Notes under the pieces: model-generated
Told to the model about the DNA's origin: nothing
Database searches by the model: none
The model's input: the letters and a program-made list of their open reading frames with translations, nothing else
Program-made: the position numbers and the translations under genes
Shown: positions 17,810 through 25,140 of the stretch, one piece after another
Numbering within the stretch: the first letter of the stretch is position 1
How the letters are laid out: every line of letters starts with the position of its first letter
Assembly: GCA_001916055.1 (NCBI GenBank)
Contig: MNRR01000025.1
Location: 13,433-45,432, forward strand
Length of the DNA: 32,000 bases
Source: Clostridium sp. 28_12
GTDB taxonomy: Bacteria > Bacillota > Clostridia > TANB77 > CAG-508
Direction: 5' to 3'

Positions 17810-18812
17810 CGAAATTTTATCAGATTTATTATTAGAATATGACCAAAAAAAACGCAAAGCAGAACTTGATTTAGAAAAACGTAAACAAGAACTTTATGAA
17901 AAAGTTCCTCGACTCCAAGAAATTGAAGATTCTCTAAATACCTTTGCAATTACAACAACTAAAAATATCTTAAATGGAAATACAACTTCATTTAATGAAT
18001 TAACTTCAAAAGTTGAAAACCTAAAAAAAGAAAAAGAAAAAATTTTACAAAATAACGATATCCCAAAAGAATTTTTGGAACCTTATTATGAATGTAAAAT
18101 TTGTAAAGATACCGGATATATTCAAACACAAAATTCAGCATCTGCAATGTGTCCATGTTTAAAGCAAAAATTATTAGATATATCTTATAATAAATCTAAT
18201 ATATCAAATTTAAGCAAGGAAAATTTCGAAACATTTAATATTAATATTTTTTCAGATTCAATAAACTCTGAAAAATATAGATTAAATATTTCACCTCGTA
18301 ATAATATTATTAATATAAAATCAAAATGTATTGAATTTGTTAATAATTTTGATAATCCTGATACTAAAAACTTATTATTCACAGGTAATACAGGACTTGG
18401 AAAAACTTTTATGAGTAACTGCATTGCAAATGAATTAATTAAAAAAGGAAAAAACGTACTTTATCAAACGGCTCCTGTTTTATTAGAAACCGTAATTGAT
18501 AATAAAATGAATAAATATAAAAATTCCAAACAAGATAATTTTTATAAAAACGTTTTAGAAGCTGATTTATTAATCATTGATGATCTTGGAACCGAATGTT
18601 TAAATAGTATGAAATTAAGTGAATTATTTACAATTTTAAATACGCGTTTACTTAATTTAAATAATAAAGTAACTAAAACAATTATTTCTACTAATTTAGG
18701 TATAAATAATATTTTTAGAAATTATGAAGAACGTATTGGGTCTCGTATTGCTGGATTCTATGATATTTATTATTTTTTCGGTGATGACTTAAGACTTAGT
18801 ACAAAACATTAA
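17802..18812 (+). CDS. DnaI/DnaC-type AAA+ helicase loader
   Basis: 336 aa; overlaps the upstream gene by 8 nt. Zn-ribbon-like CKICKDTGY..CPC; Walker A FTGNTGLGKTF; Walker B LLIIDDLGTE. Confidence 0.75.
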   Translation: MSNEILSDLLLEYDQKKRKAELDLEKRKQELYEKVPRLQEIEDSLNTFAITTTKNILNGNTTSFNELTSKVENLKKEKEKILQNNDIPKEFLEPYYECKICKDTGYIQTQNSASAMCPCLKQKLLDISYNKSNISNLSKENFETFNINIFSDSINSEKYRLNISPRNNIINIKSKCIEFVNNFDNPDTKNLLFTGNTGLGKTFMSNCIANELIKKGKNVLYQTAPVLLETVIDNKMNKYKNSKQDNFYKNVLEADLLIIDDLGTECLNSMKLSELFTILNTRLLNLNNKVTKTIISTNLGINNIFRNYEERIGSRIAGFYDIYYFFGDDLRLSTKH

Positions 18813-18875
18813 ATTAGCCAAAAAGCATAAAAATAAAATATTATTTTATCTTGCTTTTTATATAAAATTTTCTAC

Positions 18876-18908
18876 AAAAAAGATTGTCAGATAAAGACAA
18901 TCTTTTTT
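18876..18908. terminator. Bidirectional terminator between the loader gene and gyrA
   Basis: 13-bp perfect stem aaaaaagattgtc / gacaatctttttt with a 7-nt loop. Confidence 0.7.
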
Positions 18909-18944
18909 ATATTTTTATATATAAAGAAAATTTTTCATGTTTTC

Positions 18945-21401
18945 TTATTTTTCATCTTCTTCAACCTCTGCTATTTCTGGAGTCAATGTTTCCATACTAA
19001 CCACTTTTCCTCCATCTGTTGTTCTCATTAAAGTAACACCTTGCGTTGAACGTCCTAAAACACTTATATCTTTAACTTTAAGTCTTATTATTGTACCTTT
19101 ATCTGTTATAAGCATTACATCTTCATCATCTGTTGCAATCCTTGCACCAACTAGTTTTCCTGTTTTTTGAGTTACTTTATATGTTATTACTCCTTTACCT
19201 CCACGAATTTGTACTCTATATTCATCAAGTTCTGTTCTCTTACCAAATCCATTTTCAGTAATTGCAAGCAATGTTGCTTTTCCTCCTGATATTATTGATT
19301 CCATTCCAATTACTTCATCATCCTCATCAATTCTAATTCCTATAACACCTTGAGAAACTCTACCAATTGGACGTACGTCTTTTTCATCAAAAGTAATACA
19401 CATACCATTTCTTGTAACAAGTACAACATTGTCTTCCCCATCTGTTAGTCTTACAGCAATAAGTTCATCATCTTCTTTTAATGTTATTCCTTGTAAACCT
19501 GTTTTACGAGCAGAATTATATTCAGCAAGTGCAGTTTTCTTTATTAAACCATTCTTTGTTGCCATTAATAAATATTTACCTTCTGCAAAATTTTGAATTG
19601 GTATAACTGCAGAAACTTTTTCTCCTGCGTCTAAACTTAATAAGTTTACAATTGCTGTTCCCCTAGCAGTTCTACCAGCTTCTGGAACTTCGTATCCTCT
19701 TAATTTGTATAATTTACCTTTATTTGTAAAGAATAATATTGTATCATGAGTTGAAGCTGTAAATATTTGTTTTACAAAATCTTCTTCTCTTGTTGCAATT
19801 CCTGTTATTCCTTTTCCTCCACGTTTTTGGCTTCTATATGTGTCAATTGGCATCCTCTTAATATATCCAAAATGTGTTAAGGCAATAACTGTTTGTTCCT
19901 CTTTTATTAAGTCATCTATATCTATTTCACCTTCAGCAGCAACAATTTTTGTTTTTCTATCATCTCCAAATTTATCTCTTATTTCAATAAGTTCTTCTTT
20001 TATGATATCAAATACTAATTTTTCACTATTTAAAATAGCTCTTAAATGTTCGATTAATTCCATTAATTGTTTATATTCTTCTTCAATTTTTTCACGTTGC
20101 AAACCAGATAATGTTTTTAATCTCATATCCAATATTGCTTGTGCTTGAATATCTGTTAAACCAAATCTTTCAATTAATCTTTCCTTAGCATCATCATAAG
20201 AGCTACGGATTATTGCTATTACTTCATCAATATTATCAATTGCGATTCTTAGTCCTTCTAATATATGTGCTCTTGCAAGCGCTTTGTCTAAATCAAATTG
20301 TGTTCTTCTTAAAATTACAGTTTTTCTATGTTCTATATAACAATCTAAACATTGTCTTAATGTTAAAACTTTTGGTTCTCCATCAACAAGTGCTAACATG
20401 ATAACCCCAAATGTATCTTGCATTTGAGTATTTTTGTATAATTGATTTAATACAACTTGAGGATTAGCATCTCTTTTTAATTCCATAACAATTCTTACTT
20501 TTTCTTTTCTGTCAGATTCGTCACGCATTTCAGAGATACCCTCTATTCTCTTTTCTCTTGCAAGTCTTGCAATATTTTCAATTAAACGAGCTTTATTTAC
20601 TTGATATGGTAATGATGAAACAATTATTCTTTGTCTGTTTCCACTCATTTCTTCAATTTCAGCTTCAGCTCTCATTATTATTTTTCCTCTTCCTGTTTTA
20701 TAGGCTTCTTTAATTCCTTCTAATCCTAGAATTAATCCACCTGTTGGAAAATCTGGTCCTTTAATTATTTGTATTAATTCATCATCTGTTACATTATCAT
20801 CATCAATTATTTTTATAATACCATTTATTACTTCTGTTAAATTGTGTGGTGGTATATTTGTTGCCATACCTACGGCAATCCCTGATGAACCATTAACTAA
20901 TAATGCTGGTATTTTTGCTGGTAAAACAGTTGGTTCTTGCAATCTGTCATCATAGTTTGGCATAAAATCTACTGTATTTTTTTCAATATCTACTAACATT
21001 TGCTCTGCTATTTTTGACATTCTTGCTTCAGTATACCTCATTGCGGCAGCTCCATCACCATCTATTGAACCGAAATTACCATGTCCATCAATCAACATAT
21101 ATCTCATTGAAAAATCTTGTGCCATTCTTACCATTGCATCATATACAGAAGCATCACCATGTGGATGATATCTTCCTAATACAGACCCAACTGTATTAGC
21201 ACATTTCCTGTATGGCTTGTCTGATGTAATTCCATCTTCATGCATTGCATACAATATTCTTCTATGTACAGGTTTTAAACCATCTCTTACATCTGGCAAT
21301 GCTCTTGATACAATTACACTCATTGCATAATCAATGTAGGCAGTTCTCATTTCTTCTTCAATGTCTCTTTTTATTACATTTCCGTCTTGTCTTTCTTCCA
21401 T
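18945..21401 (-). CDS. gyrA: DNA gyrase subunit A
   Basis: 818 aa. YAMSVIVSRALPDVRDGLKPVHRRILYAM, HPHGD and AAAMRYTEARM (catalytic Tyr). C-terminal beta-pinwheel repeats and an acidic tail. Confidence 0.97.
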   Translation of the reverse strand: MEERQDGNVIKRDIEEEMRTAYIDYAMSVIVSRALPDVRDGLKPVHRRILYAMHEDGITSDKPYRKCANTVGSVLGRYHPHGDASVYDAMVRMAQDFSMRYMLIDGHGNFGSIDGDGAAAMRYTEARMSKIAEQMLVDIEKNTVDFMPNYDDRLQEPTVLPAKIPALLVNGSSGIAVGMATNIPPHNLTEVINGIIKIIDDDNVTDDELIQIIKGPDFPTGGLILGLEGIKEAYKTGRGKIIMRAEAEIEEMSGNRQRIIVSSLPYQVNKARLIENIARLAREKRIEGISEMRDESDRKEKVRIVMELKRDANPQVVLNQLYKNTQMQDTFGVIMLALVDGEPKVLTLRQCLDCYIEHRKTVILRRTQFDLDKALARAHILEGLRIAIDNIDEVIAIIRSSYDDAKERLIERFGLTDIQAQAILDMRLKTLSGLQREKIEEEYKQLMELIEHLRAILNSEKLVFDIIKEELIEIRDKFGDDRKTKIVAAEGEIDIDDLIKEEQTVIALTHFGYIKRMPIDTYRSQKRGGKGITGIATREEDFVKQIFTASTHDTILFFTNKGKLYKLRGYEVPEAGRTARGTAIVNLLSLDAGEKVSAVIPIQNFAEGKYLLMATKNGLIKKTALAEYNSARKTGLQGITLKEDDELIAVRLTDGEDNVVLVTRNGMCITFDEKDVRPIGRVSQGVIGIRIDEDDEVIGMESIISGGKATLLAITENGFGKRTELDEYRVQIRGGKGVITYKVTQKTGKLVGARIATDDEDVMLITDKGTIIRLKVKDISVLGRSTQGVTLMRTTDGGKVVSMETLTPEIAEVEEDEK

Positions 21402-21437
21402 AGTTTTCTACCTCTTTCTTTTTTCTTTTACTATTGT

Positions 21438-21466
21438 ATTATATTACACTAACGCTTATTTTGCAA
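21438..21466 (-). promoter_or_regulatory. Putative dedicated gyrA promoter
   Basis: Minus strand: TTGCAA (21466-21461), 17-nt spacer, TATAAT (21443-21438), about 35 nt upstream of the gyrA ATG. Confidence 0.55.
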
Positions 21467-21567
21467 GGATTTTAGCAACTTTCTTTAAAATATTTAATTA
21501 AAATTTCCAATTGAATCCAGTATATTTTTTATATTTATGTATATCTTAAATATATGCTTTTTGCTTA

Positions 21568-21596
21568 TTATCTGTTAGCAAATTTCGCTATATAAT
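21568..21596 (+). promoter_or_regulatory. Putative XRE-gene promoter with a near-palindromic operator in the spacer
   Basis: TTATCT, 17-nt spacer, TATAAT (21591-21596). The spacer contains TAGCAAATTTCGCTA (21576-21590), a 15-nt palindrome with one mismatch. Confidence 0.3.
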
Positions 21597-21622
21597 TGTT
21601 AAAAAATTTGTGAGGTGAACAT

Positions 21623-21973
21623 ATGCAATTTAATCAAGAAGACATTGATATTGGAGAAAGATTACGCGGAATAAGAGAAAATATGCACATGACAAGAGAA
21701 CAATTTTCTGAAAAAATTGATATTACTGATTCTTTCTTAGGACAAATTGAAAGAGGTGAACGTTCATTAAGTGTAAAAACATTAAAGAAAGTTGTAAAAT
21801 ATGCTGGCGTTTCTGCGGACTATTTATTATTTGGCAATCAAAATAATAATGAAGTAATTCAAAAGATAAATAATATTTTAACAGTAAATTCTGATATAAC
21901 ATCTGATTTTATTTATCATATTGTTATGTGTTCAAATGATTTTTGTAAAAAAATATTAGATGAAAATAAATAA
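21623..21973 (+). CDS. XRE-family helix-turn-helix transcriptional regulator
   Basis: 116 aa with SD GAGGTGA. IGERLRGIRENMHMTREQFSEKIDITDSFLGQIERGERSLSVKTLKKV is a typical HTH_3/Cro-CI motif. Confidence 0.8.
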   Translation: MQFNQEDIDIGERLRGIRENMHMTREQFSEKIDITDSFLGQIERGERSLSVKTLKKVVKYAGVSADYLLFGNQNNNEVIQKINNILTVNSDITSDFIYHIVMCSNDFCKKILDENK

Positions 21974-21980
21974 TTATATG

Positions 21981-22022
21981 AAAATTTAAGAATTTTTTAT
22001 TATTTAGAAATTCTTAAATTTT
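21981..22022. terminator. Bidirectional terminator between the XRE gene and the 230-aa ORF
   Basis: 15-bp stem aaaatttaagaattt / aaattcttaaatttt with a 12-nt loop. Confidence 0.55.
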
Positions 22023-22715
22023 TTATGCCAAATTTTTCGCTAATCTTTTTTCATCTTCTGCAATATTAAAATTTTTTCCATTATTTTTAATTAATTCATG
22101 AAGTGCTTTTACTTGTTTGGTTTCGTTTATTAAATTTTCTATCGGAACTATTTTTTCATATTGTTTTTCTATCTTTTTATATGCTTTCTCCATTCCATCA
22201 AAATCTTTGTTATTATAGCACTTTTTCCATTCACTCACTTCGCTTTCCATCTTTTTTACATATTCAACTTGTTCATCTAATTCTTTTTTTATATTATTTG
22301 ATACATTATTTAATAATACATTTTTTCCATTTTTTATTACATTTTTTATATCTCTATTTATATATCCTTTTTTGTATGCACTATTTATTACATTATCTAA
22401 TACATCAGAAATGCTATCAACAATCCCACCATTTCCTATTGCAATCTTTACTTGTTCAATATTTTCAAAATTTCCTGTAAATATTCCAGCCGTACTCTTT
22501 CCAAAATTTACAGCTGAATTTATTGCAGTATCTATTCCTGTTTTTAATCCATTATTTAATAAAGAATTTTTTATATCAATAACTTGATTTTCTATTAGAT
22601 CTGGTAATATTGCTCTTAGTCCAATATCAATTGCATAATTAATTGTTTTTCCAAAAGTATTATTAAAAAAATTATTTTTTTCATTTTCTATATTTAATCT
22701 ATTATTTATTTCCAT
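22023..22715 (-). CDS. Hypothetical protein, translationally coupled to VirB4
   Basis: 230-aa ORF overlapping the VirB4 stop by 14 nt. Gly/Asn/Ile-rich N-terminal half (GLKTGIDTAINSAVNFGKSTAGIFTG..GNGGIVDSISDVLDNVINS) and a Lys/Glu-rich, probably coiled-coil C-terminal half. I recognise no family. Confidence 0.55.
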   Translation of the reverse strand: MEINNRLNIENEKNNFFNNTFGKTINYAIDIGLRAILPDLIENQVIDIKNSLLNNGLKTGIDTAINSAVNFGKSTAGIFTGNFENIEQVKIAIGNGGIVDSISDVLDNVINSAYKKGYINRDIKNVIKNGKNVLLNNVSNNIKKELDEQVEYVKKMESEVSEWKKCYNNKDFDGMEKAYKKIEKQYEKIVPIENLINETKQVKALHELIKNNGKNFNIAEDEKRLAKNLA

Positions 22716-24492
22716 TAATATTTTTCCTTTCTATAATTTTTCTTTCAAAATCACTAGCTTCTATACTTATTAGAACATGTTCATCTCCAACAAAAGTCAA
22801 ACATTCTCCTCTTCTTAAGGATTTTATTTCCATTTTTTCTTTTTCTGATAAATTAGAATATTGTGCTAATAATTTTATATTTTCTTCTTCCAGAGAAAAA
22901 AATGTTTTTATACTAGAATTATTTAAAATACTTTTTCCATAAGTTCCATTTTCTAAGCTAAATAAATCCGAAATATCTTGTGTTATTGCTACACTACTTC
23001 CTCCATATTTTCTTATTGTTTTAAATATTTTATAAATAAATTTTGCTACTTCTTTATTAGAAGTTACTCCTATTAATCTCCAAATTTCATCTAAATAAAT
23101 TGCCTTTTTTATTTTTCTATTTATTTTTATTTTATCCCAAAATAATTCAGTAAATAAATACATTCCATATTTCATATTTTCTTCACCTAGTTCATAAACA
23201 TCTGCAATAATTAATTTTTTATTTAATTCAATATTTGTATAATTATTGAAAAATTTTAATGATCCCTTTATAAATGGTATTAATTTAACTTTAAATTTTC
23301 TTGTTCTTTCATCATCGAAATTATTATATAAATCTTCCAAAATCGGCATATCTTTTGTAGTTTTAAATTTTCCTTTTTTATATAATGTTTTGTCATTAAA
23401 TGTAATATTTTTCTTTTTATATGTTTGAATTAATTTTTCTTCTAATATTGCTTTTTCCTCTTCATTTAATTCTCCAAAAATCAAATTAAAAAAACCAATT
23501 AATTTTCCTATTTTAGTTGCTAAATATCCATGTTCATTTTCTTCTATACTTTCTTTTCTAATATCAAAAATATTTATATAATTTTCAGAAGTAGGTCCTA
23601 TTTTAATAATAGTTCCTCCTAAATTTTGTGCAATATTGTTATATTCTCTTTCTGGATCTATTACGTATTGTTCAATTCCTAATAAAGTATTTCTTAAAAT
23701 TAACAATTTAGTATAAAACGATTTTCCTGCTCCACTTGTTCCGAAAATACACATATTAGCATTTTTATATCTATTTGTATTGTATCTATCTATTAATATA
23801 AGTGAATTATTATACATATTATTTCCTACATAAATCCCCTCTTCTTCAACGATTGAAGAGGAAATAAATGGATATGTACTTATTAATCCAGATGTAAGAA
23901 TATTCCTCTTTCCTATTATTTTTAACTCCTCTTTATTTTCCATCAATGGTAAACATGAAATAAATAATTGTTCTTGCCTAAAGTTCGTCCTTCTTGTTTG
24001 TAGCCCTTTACTCTGTAAAATACCTTCGATTTTATCTAAATTATATTCTAGTTCTTTTTTATTAGTAGAAAATAATGTTAAATAAATATAAAGAAAATAC
24101 ATATCTTCATTATTTATCTGAAGTTCTTTTCTTATATATTTAGCATCATTATATGTAAATGCTGCAATATCTATATCTTGCCTACTTTCATTTGATTGTT
24201 TTAATTCAACTCCTACATTTCCAATATTATAGGTTAATTCTTTTATAACTTTTGAAGTTTCTTTTTTTTCATAAAAAACAGAAATATTCATATTAATACT
24301 AGTTTCTATTAATGACTTTAAAATTAAATCATTATATTCTCTATAATAATTTACAATTGTTATTCCTGAATAAAAATAATCGTCTATTTCTAAAAATCTT
24401 GGATTATTTAAATTTATATATGATGGTGATATAAAATCTTTTTCGTCAAAAAAACCTTCTTTTATTTCATTTTTTTCTTTTTTATTTATCAT
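22702..24492 (-). CDS. VirB4-family conjugation ATPase, C-terminal (ATPase) portion of a split gene
   Basis: 596 aa. RNILTSGLISTYPF, Walker A IFGTSGAGKSFYTK, Walker B AIYLDEIWRLIG, GGSSVAITQD. Resembles Gram-positive VirB4 proteins (Tn916 Orf16 / TcpF / CD1110 type) from memory. The ATG at 24492 has no SD. AGGAGGTG (24523-24530) sits 6 nt before an in-frame ATA at 24516. Confidence 0.85.
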   Translation of the reverse strand: MINKKEKNEIKEGFFDEKDFISPSYINLNNPRFLEIDDYFYSGITIVNYYREYNDLILKSLIETSINMNISVFYEKKETSKVIKELTYNIGNVGVELKQSNESRQDIDIAAFTYNDAKYIRKELQINNEDMYFLYIYLTLFSTNKKELEYNLDKIEGILQSKGLQTRRTNFRQEQLFISCLPLMENKEELKIIGKRNILTSGLISTYPFISSSIVEEEGIYVGNNMYNNSLILIDRYNTNRYKNANMCIFGTSGAGKSFYTKLLILRNTLLGIEQYVIDPEREYNNIAQNLGGTIIKIGPTSENYINIFDIRKESIEENEHGYLATKIGKLIGFFNLIFGELNEEEKAILEEKLIQTYKKKNITFNDKTLYKKGKFKTTKDMPILEDLYNNFDDERTRKFKVKLIPFIKGSLKFFNNYTNIELNKKLIIADVYELGEENMKYGMYLFTELFWDKIKINRKIKKAIYLDEIWRLIGVTSNKEVAKFIYKIFKTIRKYGGSSVAITQDISDLFSLENGTYGKSILNNSSIKTFFSLEEENIKLLAQYSNLSEKEKMEIKSLRRGECLTFVGDEHVLISIEASDFERKIIERKNINGNK

Positions 24493-24528
24493 TAATTTTC
24501 TTATTTTGTTTTCTATTTATTACACCTC

Positions 24529-25065
24529 CTATTCTAAAAATTTTTTTAAATTGAAAAATGAAAACAAAATATTTTTAGTTTCCTCTTTCTTACATTCTAA
24601 TACAATATTTCCACATCTACTTAAACAATCTTTAATTTTAAAATATTTTTCATTTAAATCTTGAATTATATTTTCTTCTAAATTTTCTGAATTGTTCATT
24701 ATAATTAAATAAATATTTTTTGATGCAGATTTGTTTCTATCATTTTTCTCTTTAATAAATTTTATATATTCTTCTGAATACTTTTTTAAAATATTATTTT
24801 TTGTTATTTGTGAAATTTTTTGAATATTTTCCATATGATTACTTAAATCTTCTTTTTTACTTTGAATTAAAATTTGTATATCAAAATTACATGTTTTTAA
24901 AAAAACTTTATAAGAATTTAAAATTGACTCTTTTTCTAATTGAGTTTTAAGATTATAATTTATAGGAATTACTCTTAGTATTTTTATATACTTATTCTTT
25001 TTTAATTTAATGATTCCTTTATCTAAAATTTTTTCTATCGAAATCCATTTTTGTATTGATTTTAT
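24529..25065 (-). CDS. VirB4-family N-terminal domain fragment (separate ORF, apparently non-ATG start)
   Basis: The track lists only 24529..24834, from the first ATG. The frame stays open up to a TGA at 25072-25074. The extra region reads KRIKSIQKWISIEKILDKGIIKLKKNKYIKILRVIPINYNLKTQLEKESILNSYKVFLKTCNFDIQILIQSKKEDL, which looks like the conserved VirB4 N-terminus. AGGAGGTG (25073-25080) lies 7 nt before an in-frame ATA at 25065. There is no in-frame ATG/GTG/TTG upstream of 24834. Confidence 0.6.
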   Translation of the reverse strand: MKSIQKWISIEKILDKGIIKLKKNKYIKILRVIPINYNLKTQLEKESILNSYKVFLKTCNFDIQILIQSKKEDLSNHMENIQKISQITKNNILKKYSEEYIKFIKEKNDRNKSASKNIYLIIMNNSENLEENIIQDLNEKYFKIKDCLSRCGNIVLECKKEETKNILFSFFNLKKFLE

Positions 25066-25111
25066 TCTTTTTCACCTCCTAATTTTTTCCTTTATGATCC
25101 ATTGCTTACTT

Positions 25112-25140
25112 ATTATACACTGTTTTGCTTTGATTTGCAA
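25112..25140 (-). promoter_or_regulatory. Putative strong promoter of the VirB4 operon
   Basis: Minus strand: TTGCAA (25140-25135), 17-nt spacer, TATAAT (25117-25112), about 30 nt upstream of the AGGAGGTG SD. Confidence 0.55.

Noticed and set aside
15714-21199. Short ORFs antisense to the VirB6-like, DnaD-like and DnaI-like genes and gyrA (15714..16037, 16861..17046, 17063..17320, 18185..18424, 18937..19170, 19840..20148, 20213..20401, 21014..21199). Similar ones lie inside vanW, VirB4, gyrB, dnaN and dnaA.
   Set aside because: All are fully nested antisense to strongly supported genes, lack SD sites and have biased composition.
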